Shown here piece by piece: positions 21,071 through 32,012 of a DNA stretch of 64,000 nucleotides; the first letter of the stretch is position 1, and the number at the start of each line of letters is the position of its first letter. The stretch spans positions 455,343 to 519,342 of the forward strand of contig BPJB01000001.1 in assembly GCA_026004395.1 (NCBI GenBank), given 5' to 3'. The translations under genes were made by a program, and so were the position numbers. The stretch comes from Patescibacteria group bacterium (GTDB lineage Bacteria > Patescibacteriota > Microgenomatia > Levybacterales > UBA12049). Below the pieces are notes generated by a model. The model worked only from the letters and a program-made list of their open reading frames with translations. It had not been told where the DNA came from and did no database searches.

Positions 21071-21583
21071 TTAGTTTATTTTTTTTATCTTTTGTAAAAA
21101 TCGATTTAAGGCAATTTCTTGTTCTTTCTCTGTTAATAACTCTGCAGATACTTTTTGTAAAAATTGTAGAGCAAGAGTGCTAACATGTTGTGATAATCGT
21201 TTTTCAGCTTCTTTTGTTTCTGATGCTATCTGCTCTCTTGCTTCTTCAAGCATCTGTTCAGTTTGCTTTCTTGCTTGTTCCTCAGCCATGGCAATTATTT
21301 CTTGAGATTGTTTTTGAGCATCTTCAAGAAGAATTTTTGCTTCTGCATGGGCTTTTTTCAAAATAGCTTTTTCTTTTTCTGTAGCTTGTTCAAGACGGAT
21401 ACGAGCTTCTTCAGCAGATTTTAAACCCTCCTTGATCGTTTCCTCTCTCTGTTTTAAAACTTGCATGATAGGCTTGAGAGCAAAGCGTTTTACAAGAAAG
21501 AGTATAATCAAGAAATTTACAATCTGTGCTCCCAACAAAACTGGATTAATTCCAAACTGATTCAATATTTCCATATTAGTCAA
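21071..21583 (-). CDS. atpF: ATP synthase Fo b subunit
   Basis: Single N-terminal TM helix then a long charged coiled coil rich in E/K/A/Q (170 aa); operon position. Confidence 0.85.
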   Translation of the reverse strand: MTNMEILNQFGINPVLLGAQIVNFLIILFLVKRFALKPIMQVLKQREETIKEGLKSAEEARIRLEQATEKEKAILKKAHAEAKILLEDAQKQSQEIIAMAEEQARKQTEQMLEEAREQIASETKEAEKRLSQHVSTLALQFLQKVSAELLTEKEQEIALNRFLQKIKKIN

Positions 21584-21586
21584 CTC

Positions 21587-22590
<1,004 letters not shown>

Positions 22591-22637
22591 GCTATTTTAT
22601 TTAATTGAAAAATCGTGTATACTAAAATTTTATAAAT

Positions 22638-25600
22638 CTAATCTTGCAAATTTTTAATATTTGAAATCTTATCAACAATAATTACAGGTCTTTCATCTTT
22701 CATATCTAACTTTCCTTCAATAAGTACGACAGTATCTTGTACAAGAAGAGACTTATACTTTTCATAAATTTTGGGGAATACCACACATTCTATAGTGATT
22801 CCTTTTTCATTCCCTAGAGAAATAAATGCCATCTCAGAGTTAGATTTTTTGGTTAAAATTTTACGGGTGACTTCTATTATCCCGCCCACTTTTACATATG
22901 TTCCTTCACGTTCTGTTTCAAGAATCTCAATCTCATGAGTGATAATATGTTTAATATAAGAAAGAGTTTCCATGTGTGGATGAGAGCTCAGATAGAATCC
23001 TAAAAATTCTTTTTCAAATGACAGCTTTTCTTCTAATGTAAAATCTTCAACATCTAAGTATGATAAATGAAATGAGCCATTGGAGTCTGTTGGATCATCT
23101 CCAAAAAGTGAACTTTGTCCATCAAGCTCTTGTTTTTTAATCTTATTTACTTTATCAACAATTTCAGGAAGGGTAATTAGAAGGCTTGCTCTATTGCCAA
23201 ATAGATCCATTGCACCAGCTTTAATCAAACTCTCAAGAGTTTTTTTGTTGACTTTACTCAGATCTACTCTCATACAAAAATCTTGAAAGCTTGTAAATGG
23301 CTTATTTTTTCTTGCATCAAGAATTGTCTCAATTGCTGCTTGTCCAACGTTTTTTATCGCTGAAAGTCCAAAGCGTATCTTTGTTTTATCCTCAATACTA
23401 AATTCACTTTCTGATTTGTTTATGTCGGGAGGAAGTACCGCAACGCCAAGCCTTTTACACTCTGCAACAGCTTGTGCAATTTTTTCATTTTTCTGAGGAC
23501 CGGATGTACCTCTTGACTCTGCTGTAAGAAGTGCTGTCATGAATTCAACAGGAAAATGCGCCTTAAGATAGGCTGTGCGAAATGCGATCATGGCATAACA
23601 TGCAGCGTGTGCTTTGTTAAATCCGTACCCTGCAAATGGAGCAATAAGATCAAATATTTCTTTAGCTTTCTTTTCTGATATCCCATTTTTGACACATCCT
23701 TTAATAAATAATTCCTCTTGTTTTTTCATCTCAGATGGTATTTTTTTACCCATCGCTTTTCTAAACTTATCAGCATCTAACCATGAATAACCAGCAAGGA
23801 TAATAGCTGTTAAGAGTACATCATCCTGAAAGGTAAGTACGCCATATGATTCTTTAAGAATACTTTCTAATTTAGGATGAGGATAGGTAATGAGAGCAGG
23901 ATTGCGTTTGCGTGCAATAAATTCAGGAATATTTTGCATGGGACCAGGGCGATAAAGAGCCACCATTGCCTGTAAATCAAAAATAGTTGTAGGTTTAAGC
24001 TCTTTAATGTATCTGCGCATTCCCGAAGACTCTAATTGAAATATACCTGTTGTTTCTCCTTGACCAAGTAGCTCATAGGTTTTTTTGTCATCAAGTGGTA
24101 CTTTATCTAAATTAAGATCAATTCCTTCATTTTGTCTAATAAATTTGAGGGATTCTTCGATAATAGTTAAGTTTCTAAGTCCAAGAAAATCCATTTTCAA
24201 AAGTCCCACTCCGTCTTCTCCCACTGTATACATATCGTATTGTGTAACAATTTTGTTGCCGTTTGTTTCTCTCTGAACTGGGGTGTACTCAGTAATATCT
24301 TTATCAGCAATTACGACACCTGCTGCATGGACTGATGCGTGTCGAGCAACACCTTCTAGTTTTTTAGCAATATCAAGGAGTCTTTTTGTTTCTGGTTCAG
24401 TATCATAGGCTCTTTTTAGTTCTGGACTTTGTTGAAGTGCCGTGTCAATAGTCATAGCATGTCCTTGCCATCCTGGTGGAATCATCTTTGCTATCCTATC
24501 AGGAAAAGCATAGGGCATTCCTAAAGCTCGTCCAGCATCTCTAACTGAACCACGCGCTTCCATCGTTCCAAAAGTAATAATTTGTGCAACTTTATCTTCC
24601 CCATATTTTCTAGTTACGTAGTCAATGACTTCTTCTCTTCGTGTATCTGCAAAGTCAAGATCAATATCTGGTGCTGATGGACGATATGGGTTAAGAAAAC
24701 GCTCAAAAGGTAGTTTGAAAAAAAATGGATCAACATCAGTTATACGCAGACAATAAGAGACCACAGATCCAGCTGCTGATCCTCTTCCTGGTCCAACAGC
24801 GATACCATGATCTTTGGCCCAGTTGACAAAATCTGCGACAATCAGAAAATACGTTTCGTACCCTTTTTTTTCTATAACAGAAAGTTCATAATCCACCCTT
24901 TTTTTGATTTCTTCTGTGATATGTGAGTAGCGTTTTTTCATGCCTTCATAAGTTAATTCACGCAAATAATCTGCAGCTTTTTTACCTTGAGGTACATCAA
25001 AAATGGGCATGTGCCATTTTCCAAGTTCTATCGTTAAATTACAACGGTTTGCAATCTTTACTGTATTTTCAATGGCTTCGGGAATATCCTTAAATAACTC
25101 ATACATTTCATGAGGAGACTTAATATAAAAATCAGGAGAGTCAATCATTGATAGTTTGCGATTTTTGTCCAAAAGAGTAGTTTGTGTTTGAATACAAAGG
25201 AGAACTTCTTGAGCTTCAGCATCCTCTTTGCGTGTGTAGTGATTATCATTGGTAGCAACAACAGGTATTCCTAATTTTTTTGATAGAAGAAGCAATTTTT
25301 TATTGGCTATTTCTTGTGGTGGTACATTAAGGTGACGCTGTAACTCAAAGTAAAAATTGCCTTGTCCAAAAATAGCATTCAGTTTTTTTGCCCGTTCTTC
25401 AGCAATTGTATCCTCTCCTTTAACCAAAGGATCAGTAACAAATCCATTAACACATGCTGAAAGACAGATGAGACCATCATGATATTTTTCAAGTAATGAA
25501 AGATCAACTCTAGGCTTATAATAATATCCTTCAAGCCATGAAATAGAAACAATCTTCATAAGGTTTTTATAACCTTTTTCATTTTCAGCAAGGAGAATTA

Positions 25601-25865
25601 GGTGATTATAATCTTTATCAACACCAGCTTCTTTATCATGGAGATTTCTTTTGGCAACATACACTTCGCATCCTATAATTGGTTTGATCCCTGATGCATG
25701 ACATTCTTGATAGAATTTAATCGCACCATATAGATTTCCATGATCAGTGATTGCCAATGCTTTCATCCCTAAAGATTTGGCATAACTGACCATATCTTTC
25801 ATTTTTTGCAGTCCATCAAGCAATGAATACTCGGAGTGATTGTGCAAGTGAACAAAATCAGTCAT
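22638..25865 (-). CDS. dnaE: DNA polymerase III alpha subunit (DnaE-type, with N-terminal PHP domain)
   Basis: N-terminal PHP (FVHLHNHSEYSLLDG), polymerase core and OB-fold C-terminus; 1075 aa. Confidence 0.95.
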   Translation of the reverse strand: MTDFVHLHNHSEYSLLDGLQKMKDMVSYAKSLGMKALAITDHGNLYGAIKFYQECHASGIKPIIGCEVYVAKRNLHDKEAGVDKDYNHLILLAENEKGYKNLMKIVSISWLEGYYYKPRVDLSLLEKYHDGLICLSACVNGFVTDPLVKGEDTIAEERAKKLNAIFGQGNFYFELQRHLNVPPQEIANKKLLLLSKKLGIPVVATNDNHYTRKEDAEAQEVLLCIQTQTTLLDKNRKLSMIDSPDFYIKSPHEMYELFKDIPEAIENTVKIANRCNLTIELGKWHMPIFDVPQGKKAADYLRELTYEGMKKRYSHITEEIKKRVDYELSVIEKKGYETYFLIVADFVNWAKDHGIAVGPGRGSAAGSVVSYCLRITDVDPFFFKLPFERFLNPYRPSAPDIDLDFADTRREEVIDYVTRKYGEDKVAQIITFGTMEARGSVRDAGRALGMPYAFPDRIAKMIPPGWQGHAMTIDTALQQSPELKRAYDTEPETKRLLDIAKKLEGVARHASVHAAGVVIADKDITEYTPVQRETNGNKIVTQYDMYTVGEDGVGLLKMDFLGLRNLTIIEESLKFIRQNEGIDLNLDKVPLDDKKTYELLGQGETTGIFQLESSGMRRYIKELKPTTIFDLQAMVALYRPGPMQNIPEFIARKRNPALITYPHPKLESILKESYGVLTFQDDVLLTAIILAGYSWLDADKFRKAMGKKIPSEMKKQEELFIKGCVKNGISEKKAKEIFDLIAPFAGYGFNKAHAACYAMIAFRTAYLKAHFPVEFMTALLTAESRGTSGPQKNEKIAQAVAECKRLGVAVLPPDINKSESEFSIEDKTKIRFGLSAIKNVGQAAIETILDARKNKPFTSFQDFCMRVDLSKVNKKTLESLIKAGAMDLFGNRASLLITLPEIVDKVNKIKKQELDGQSSLFGDDPTDSNGSFHLSYLDVEDFTLEEKLSFEKEFLGFYLSSHPHMETLSYIKHIITHEIEILETEREGTYVKVGGIIEVTRKILTKKSNSEMAFISLGNEKGITIECVVFPKIYEKYKSLLVQDTVVLIEGKLDMKDERPVIIVDKISNIKNLQD

Positions 25866-26830
25866 TATCTTGGTAATGGTTTTGATGTATCAAGAGAAGC
25901 CATTGTTTCATCATAGACTGCTACAGCATTTCTTCCTGAACTTTTGACAACATACAGTGCTTTATCAGCTTTTTTGCGTAGTTCATCTTCAGTAAGAGGA
26001 TTTCCTTGATTTAGAGCTACTCCAATACTTAAAGTTAAATGATCGCTTTCAGGATATTTATCTTTTGCTTTTAATCTCAAGCCTGTTTCTTTTGTTGTTG
26101 ATGCTACAGCTTCTTGAATTAACTTTGCTATTTTTAATGCATTATCTTGATCAGTGTCAAAAAGCACTAGTGTATATTCGTCGCCTCCACTTCGCACAAG
26201 AATATCATCTTGACGAATACTCGATTGAATTCCTTGTGCAACTGCTTTTAGTATCAAATCACCAAAAGAATGACCGTTCTCATCATTTACTTGTTTGAAT
26301 CTATCAAGATCTATCATCAAATAGGCAATATTTCTTCCTGCATTTGTTGCTTGTTCGACACGGAAAGGAAGAATTTCCTTGGCATAATTTTGATTCCTTG
26401 TTCCTGTAAGCTTATCAATATAATTACCTTTTAAGGTATTCTTTAATTCCAGTTTATCTATATACTTTTCATGAGCTACTCTTAAAGCGGCAGCCAATAG
26501 CTTTTTTTGATCACTTACCAGACTGTCTAGAGTCGCAGGTGGATTTGTGAGAGCACTTTCTATTTCCAGATCTTTAGATAATTTCTCTCCCTCCTCAAGG
26601 ACTAATTCTATAAAGAAATCATCATTAATAAGTGGATCTGGGAGTTTTTCAGCGTACCCAACAGAGTTTTGAGGATTGATAACTGCCTTAGCACGCAGTT
26701 GGAGGAGAAAATTTCGGCTTTGTTCTATTGCAAGATCGCGCTCCCGTGTTCTCTCTTCTCTTTTCAAAGATTTTGGTAGAAGATGAGAGAGTTCAGCAGT
26801 CTTAATCTGTGATGTATTACGGTCCTCCAT
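25865..26830 (-). CDS. GGDEF-domain protein (putative diguanylate cyclase; active-site motif reads GGDEY) with ~130-aa N-terminal region of unknown function
   Basis: GGDEF domain landmarks: DKLTGTRNQNY (DxLTGLxNR), AYLMIDLDRFKQVNDENGH, RSGGDEYTLVLF. The stop overlaps the dnaE start by 1 nt, and the start abuts the gatB stop. Confidence 0.8.
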   Translation of the reverse strand: MEDRNTSQIKTAELSHLLPKSLKREERTRERDLAIEQSRNFLLQLRAKAVINPQNSVGYAEKLPDPLINDDFFIELVLEEGEKLSKDLEIESALTNPPATLDSLVSDQKKLLAAALRVAHEKYIDKLELKNTLKGNYIDKLTGTRNQNYAKEILPFRVEQATNAGRNIAYLMIDLDRFKQVNDENGHSFGDLILKAVAQGIQSSIRQDDILVRSGGDEYTLVLFDTDQDNALKIAKLIQEAVASTTKETGLRLKAKDKYPESDHLTLSIGVALNQGNPLTEDELRKKADKALYVVKSSGRNAVAVYDETMASLDTSKPLPR

Positions 26831-26831
26831 A

Positions 26832-28190
26832 TTATTTTTTCAATCTTTCCTCAAGTTTTTTTCTTACTATCTGCGCATCAATTTTACGTTTAATAGCACG
26901 CATCGTCATCCCAACTAGGAACATTATGACAGATTCTTTTCCAGATTTGTAGTCTTGAACAGCTTTTGGATTTTCCATTAAGACTTTTTCTATAACTGAT
27001 TGTAACTGATCATCTGATATTGTCTCAATTTTTGTGCTCTCTTCGATCTCTGTAATTAATCTCTCAGGAGGAGTTTTTAAATAATCAATTTTTTTATTGA
27101 TAATTGCATTTCCTATTTGTTTGGGGGTTATCCCTTTTGGGTGTCCAATCTTTACAGCTTCCTCAAAATAATCAGCAAGAGCTTTTTCTCTTGTTAAGAT
27201 TTCTGCATCATAGTAGGGTATTGCAAATTGCTTGACAAATCGTGCTATTTTTTCTTCCTGTAATTCTGGCACTTGAGATTTAAGATTGCTAATTTGATTC
27301 AAAGAATATCTAATAGGAGGAATATCAGGTTCTGGAAAATAACGATAATCATTGGCTTCTTCCTTTACTCTCTGAGAAAACGTCAGTCCTTTGTCCTCGT
27401 CCCATCCTCGTGTTTCTTGTTGAGGAGTACTGCCTTTTTCAAGAATTTCTCTTTGTCTTGAGATCTCATAGTTTATAGCTTTTTCAACGAATCTAAATGA
27501 ATTTATATTTTTGACCTCTACTTTGTAAGAAGGAAAAGCATCTTGATCTATTTTTTTGAGTGAGATATTTGGTTCTAAGCGCATTTCACCTTTTTCCATA
27601 TCTGCATTAGAGACTTCAAGATAACGAACAATCTGTCTGAGTTTTTGTAAATACTCAACAACTTCTTTTGCATCAGTAAAATCTGGTTCAGTTACTATCT
27701 CAACTAGAGGCACTCCACTGCGGTTGTAGTCAATAAAAGAAACTTTTGATTTATAATTGCTATTATTAAGATTAGTATTTTTAGTTTTGAGATAACCATG
27801 TGTGAGTTTGGCAGTGTCTTCTTCCATATGAACGCGTCTTATGCGAATTTTTTTGCCATTTTTGAGGGTAATATGACCATTTGCTCCAAAAGGTAGATCA
27901 TATTGACTTATCTGAAATCCTTTTGGTAGATCAGGATAGAAATAATTTTTTCTATCAAATTTAGAAAATGTATTGATCTCACAGTTTAGTGCATGGGCAA
28001 TCATCATGCAGTATTCGATCGCAAGTTTATTGGGAACAGGTAAAGCTCCGGGAAGACCAAGACAAACAGGACAAGTTAGCGTATTCGGACTTTTACCGAA
28101 ATAATCTGTGCTACATCCGCAAAACATTTTGCTTTTTGTATTTAGTTCTACATGGACCTCAAGACCGATAACAGGTAGATATTTATTCAT
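26832..28190 (-). CDS. gatB: Asp/Glu-tRNA(Asn/Gln) amidotransferase subunit B (true start at internal Met MNKYLPVIGLEVHVEL, 28190; the 488-aa ORF to 28298 is an upstream in-frame extension overlapping gatA)
   Basis: GatB N-terminus YLPVIGLEVHVELNTKSKMFCGCS and C-terminal YqeY-like tail; choosing the Met at 28190 leaves a 4-nt gap after the gatA stop (28183). Confidence 0.9.
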   Translation of the reverse strand: MNKYLPVIGLEVHVELNTKSKMFCGCSTDYFGKSPNTLTCPVCLGLPGALPVPNKLAIEYCMMIAHALNCEINTFSKFDRKNYFYPDLPKGFQISQYDLPFGANGHITLKNGKKIRIRRVHMEEDTAKLTHGYLKTKNTNLNNSNYKSKVSFIDYNRSGVPLVEIVTEPDFTDAKEVVEYLQKLRQIVRYLEVSNADMEKGEMRLEPNISLKKIDQDAFPSYKVEVKNINSFRFVEKAINYEISRQREILEKGSTPQQETRGWDEDKGLTFSQRVKEEANDYRYFPEPDIPPIRYSLNQISNLKSQVPELQEEKIARFVKQFAIPYYDAEILTREKALADYFEEAVKIGHPKGITPKQIGNAIINKKIDYLKTPPERLITEIEESTKIETISDDQLQSVIEKVLMENPKAVQDYKSGKESVIMFLVGMTMRAIKRKIDAQIVRKKLEERLKK

Positions 28191-29631
28191 ATATGATTTT
28201 AGGCCTCTCTTTCCAATAGGGATTAGCTTGTTCAAAAATATATCCAACTTGATAAAGAAGGTCTTCTCTGAAATGTGGTCCAAGTATCTGAAGACCAACT
28301 GGAAGTGAATGTTTGAAACTATCTGCAGTGTTTATGAATCCAGCAGGGACTACAAGGCCGGGAACTCCGACAAGATTTGCATGTACGGTAAAAATATCTG
28401 AAAGATACATGCTAAGAGGATTTGCTGTTTTTTCTCCAAATTTCCAAGGAGGGGTGGGAGAAGCAGGAGTCATAATTACATCCACAACTTTGAACGCTTC
28501 TTCAAAATCGCGTATAAGAAGTGTTCTTACCTTCATAGCTTTTTTGTAGTATGCATCATAATATCCAGCTGAAAGGACGAATGTTCCCAGGATGATACGC
28601 CGTTTTGCTTCATCTGAAAAGTATGATCTATCTTTTCCATACCTTATCCCATCATATCTGGCAAGATTGGATGAGACTTCTGCTGTTTGAATAATATAAT
28701 ATACTTCAATAGCATAAGTTGTGTGGGGGAGTGATATCTCTATAAGTTCTGCACCTTGTTCTTGATAAAAAAGAAGAGCTTTTTCTATGCATGCTTTTAC
28801 TTTTGCATCTAGTCCTTGTATAAAATATTCTTTAGGCACGCCAATCTTAAGTCCTTTTACACCTGCTTTAAGTTTTTGCAGATAATCTGGAACTGGTACA
28901 GGAGGAGTAGTGGCATCCATTGGATCTTGACCTGCGCTTACGCTAAGATAGAGCGCATTATCTTCAACGGTTTTGGTAAAGTGGCCTATTGAGTCGAGTG
29001 AGGAAGCCATTGCAATAACACCGTACCTGCTTACTCTTCCATATGTTGGCTTTAGTCCAACGACATTGCAAAAACTTGCCGGAAGTCTTATGGAGCCTCC
29101 TGTATCAGTACCACTAGCTGCCAAAGCAAGATCAGCTGCGACTGCAACTGATGATCCACTACTTGACCCACCAGGAATATAATCAAGATGATAAGGATTT
29201 TTGGTGGGTTGGAAATCTGAGTTTTCACCGCTTGAACCATGTGCCCATGCATCAAGATTGGTTTTTCCCAAGATAATTGCTCCTGCATCTTTAAGTCGTT
29301 TTACTACAGTACCATCGTATTGAGGAATATAGTTTTCAAGGACTTTAGAAGCAGCAGTTGTGCGAATGCCGCGAGTTATGAAAAGATCTTTTAGAGCAAT
29401 AGGTATTCCTAAAAGAGGAGTAGATTCTCCTTGTACAATTCTTTTGTCTGCTGCTTTTGCAGCTTGCAGGGCTTCGTCTTCACAAACTGTTAAAAAAGCA
29501 TTAAGTTGGCTATCTAGTTTTTTAATTCTTTCAATATAAGACTTTGTTAGCTCAAATGATGAGATTTCTTTTCTATCTAACATTTCGCGTGCTTGTTTAA
29601 TTGTAAGATTTATATAACTACTCATTTTCAA
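28183..29631 (-). CDS. gatA: Glutamyl-tRNA(Gln) amidotransferase subunit A (amidase signature family)
   Basis: Amidase signature GGSSSGSSVAVAADLALAASGTDTGGSIRLPASF with catalytic Ser-cisSer-Lys triad context; 482 aa. Confidence 0.9.
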   Translation of the reverse strand: MKMSSYINLTIKQAREMLDRKEISSFELTKSYIERIKKLDSQLNAFLTVCEDEALQAAKAADKRIVQGESTPLLGIPIALKDLFITRGIRTTAASKVLENYIPQYDGTVVKRLKDAGAIILGKTNLDAWAHGSSGENSDFQPTKNPYHLDYIPGGSSSGSSVAVAADLALAASGTDTGGSIRLPASFCNVVGLKPTYGRVSRYGVIAMASSLDSIGHFTKTVEDNALYLSVSAGQDPMDATTPPVPVPDYLQKLKAGVKGLKIGVPKEYFIQGLDAKVKACIEKALLFYQEQGAELIEISLPHTTYAIEVYYIIQTAEVSSNLARYDGIRYGKDRSYFSDEAKRRIILGTFVLSAGYYDAYYKKAMKVRTLLIRDFEEAFKVVDVIMTPASPTPPWKFGEKTANPLSMYLSDIFTVHANLVGVPGLVVPAGFINTADSFKHSLPVGLQILGPHFREDLLYQVGYIFEQANPYWKERPKIIYE

Positions 29632-29902
29632 GAATACCTTTGACTACAAATAAACCGTTGTATGTTTGTTTTGCTCCTGATAGCGCATCTTTTTGCTTAA
29701 GACATTCTTTTAGATTATCCTCTCTAAAAACATTTTCCAGTCCTGTTACTTGACTTGTTTCAGGAATATTATCAGTGTTTACTTCGTTTAGTTTTTCAAT
29801 ATATTCAATAACTGTTGAGAGTTGGGATGTAAATCGTTCTTTTTCTTCATCTGTAAGAGTTAGATTGGCTAGTTTTGCTACATGGGAAATGTTGATTTTC
29901 AT
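29618..29902 (-). CDS. gatC: Glutamyl-tRNA(Gln) amidotransferase subunit C
   Basis: 94 aa, MKINISHVAKLANLTLTDEEKERFTSQLSTVIEYIEKLNEV.. typical GatC; overlaps the gatA start. Confidence 0.8.
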   Translation of the reverse strand: MKINISHVAKLANLTLTDEEKERFTSQLSTVIEYIEKLNEVNTDNIPETSQVTGLENVFREDNLKECLKQKDALSGAKQTYNGLFVVKGILENE

Positions 29903-29909
29903 GAGGGTA

Positions 29910-30671
29910 TTATACTCTAATCTTTAACTTTCTGACAATTACAGAGTGAGCTTTTATTTCTAATTCATCATCCAATTTTTGTAGATGAATGTTCTCTTGA
30001 TATTTTCTTTTTAATGCTGCTGCAAGAAGAAAATCAGCAACATGAGGATTTTTCGGTAGCATTGGACCATGAAGATAGGATCCAATAGTATTTTTATAGA
30101 TTGCTCCTTCAGAGCCATCAACACCATTGTTACCATATCCTTTCAGTACTTGTCCAAGAGATTTTACTTTTTTACCAAGATATGTTCTTCCGCCATGATT
30201 TTCAAATCCAACTATAGTTGTATTTTCTGGTAAAAATGAAGATCTAAAGACAATGTTTCCTATAAGGCGAGGTACATTAATACCGGGATTTTCTGTGTAG
30301 AGATCAAGAATACCTAATCCTTCAATAACGGTTCCATCAGCTTCTTTATAATATTTCCCCAAAAATTGATATGCTCCGCAAATATAAAGACCTGGAACAA
30401 AGTCTTCAATCATTTCTTTAAGAATCTCTGATTTTCCTTTACGAAAATCCTCTGCTACTATTTTTTGTTGTCTATCTTGAGCTCCTCCCATAAATATAAG
30501 ATCTGATTTTCTGAGTTCTTTTGAAGAAGATCCTACTGAAAGACTAATAATTTCAGTATCAATATCGCGCCATTTTGCGCGTTTTTGAAGAACAATTATG
30601 TTGCCTCGATCTCCATAAGTGCTCATAAGATCAGGATACAACCATCCAATTATAAGCTTCATTTTTTTCAT
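29910..30671 (-). CDS. gatD: Lipid II isoglutaminyl synthase glutaminase subunit GatD (CobB/CobQ-like class-I glutamine amidotransferase)
   Basis: GATase nucleophile context LYICGAYQFLG and C-terminal His (YLHGPMLPKNPHVADF); ~250 aa; 4-nt overlap with upstream murT. Confidence 0.7.
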   Translation of the reverse strand: MKKMKLIIGWLYPDLMSTYGDRGNIIVLQKRAKWRDIDTEIISLSVGSSSKELRKSDLIFMGGAQDRQQKIVAEDFRKGKSEILKEMIEDFVPGLYICGAYQFLGKYYKEADGTVIEGLGILDLYTENPGINVPRLIGNIVFRSSFLPENTTIVGFENHGGRTYLGKKVKSLGQVLKGYGNNGVDGSEGAIYKNTIGSYLHGPMLPKNPHVADFLLAAALKRKYQENIHLQKLDDELEIKAHSVIVRKLKIRV

Positions 30672-31960
30672 AGTATTTTTCTCCCTGTTAATATTTTTCT
30701 TACTTCAAGCATAGCTGTGTAAGTAGGGAGAATAAAAAGAGTGTCATTGCTTTTTGTTGCATTAATAGCTGCAACAACAGCTTTTGGGAGATCATCAATA
30801 ACAGTAAATGTGTTTTGAGGAAAATCTGCGTACTTTATTCTCAATCCTAAATCCCACGCACGATCTCCAGAAATAAAAATGTTAGTGTGAGCATTTCTGA
30901 GAAGTTCTACATCTGTGTCCCAGATCCAAGAGATATCATTGCCATCGGCAATCCTATCATTAAGTAAAAGTAATACTACTTTAGGATTTTGATCGATTAT
31001 TGTTCTCAGTGCTTGATTAAAACCAGATGGATTTTTCGCAAGAATTATCTGAACTTTTTTGTTGTCAATAATTAACGTCTCTTGTCTGCCGAAGACAGGT
31101 TTGAATGTAGTTAGAGATTGTTGTAGCGTAGTATCTAGAACACCAAGTGTTTTGGCAACAAGTACAGCAGCATGAATATTATATTTGTTATAAAGACCAG
31201 AAAGGGGGTAGAAGGGAGCATTTCTAAAAACATGGTTGCTATGTTTATAATGACATTTAGTGCAGTTCCAAATTCCCAGATGTGAGTAAAAAACTCGAGA
31301 ATAATGAAGCTTTTCCCCGCAATTTGGACAGTAAATTGAGTCTGATGCATGTTCTACATTTTTTTCTTGTGCATCATTTGGATCTGCACCAAAAAAATAC
31401 ACTTTGTGTTGTGAATTTTTTTCAAGGTAGGCAATCTGAGGATCATCTGCGTTAAGAAAAAGATCAACTGGAGGAAGAGAATCAAGCGTTTTTTTCCATT
31501 TTAGGGCAATTGTGTTGACTTCTCCGTATCTATCGAGTTGATCACGAAAAAGATTAAGTACGACTATTGCATCAGGAGTGACCATGTTGGCGACTGTTGA
31601 AAATGCATTTTCATCTACTTCAAGAATAGCAATATCTGCTCTTATATTTCCGAAAATTGATGAATTAAGGAGAAAAACAGATGCAATACCATTGGGAAGA
31701 TTTGCTCCTGATTCATTCTGAATTACATTTTTACCTGCAGATGTGAATAGATGACGAAGAAGACTTGTGGTTGTTGTTTTTCCATTTGTTCCTATAACCA
31801 ATATCACAGTAAGATTAGATTTCTTTTTGAGATCATTTATAAATTGTGGATTAAATTTAAGAGCGATATGTCCAGGCCAAGTAGTTCCATTACCCGCATT
31901 AATCAATCTAATAAATTTTGAGATTATTTTTCCTGTTGTGATAATCAGCGAATTTAGCAT
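30668..31960 (-). CDS. murT: Lipid II isoglutaminyl synthase ligase subunit MurT (Mur-ligase fold with Cys4 ribbon and DUF1727-type C-terminus)
   Basis: Mur-ligase P-loop VIGTNGKTTTTSL, Cys4 motif CPNCGEKLHYSRVFYSHLGIWNCTKCHYKH characteristic of MurT; 430 aa. Confidence 0.75.
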   Translation of the reverse strand: MLNSLIITTGKIISKFIRLINAGNGTTWPGHIALKFNPQFINDLKKKSNLTVILVIGTNGKTTTTSLLRHLFTSAGKNVIQNESGANLPNGIASVFLLNSSIFGNIRADIAILEVDENAFSTVANMVTPDAIVVLNLFRDQLDRYGEVNTIALKWKKTLDSLPPVDLFLNADDPQIAYLEKNSQHKVYFFGADPNDAQEKNVEHASDSIYCPNCGEKLHYSRVFYSHLGIWNCTKCHYKHSNHVFRNAPFYPLSGLYNKYNIHAAVLVAKTLGVLDTTLQQSLTTFKPVFGRQETLIIDNKKVQIILAKNPSGFNQALRTIIDQNPKVVLLLLNDRIADGNDISWIWDTDVELLRNAHTNIFISGDRAWDLGLRIKYADFPQNTFTVIDDLPKAVVAAINATKSNDTLFILPTYTAMLEVRKILTGRKIL

Positions 31961-32012
31961 ACAAAAGTTTTCTGATTATACCTAGATTTTGCTCATAAAT
32001 ACATTTGTTATT

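Noticed and set aside
26832-28298. A 115-nt overlap between the gatB ORF (as listed, 488 aa) and gatA, which could indicate a frameshift or gene fusion.
   Set aside because: GatB homology begins at the internal Met (MNKYLPVIGLEVHVEL) at 28190. Using it leaves a normal 4-nt gap after the gatA stop, so the upstream extension is just open frame.
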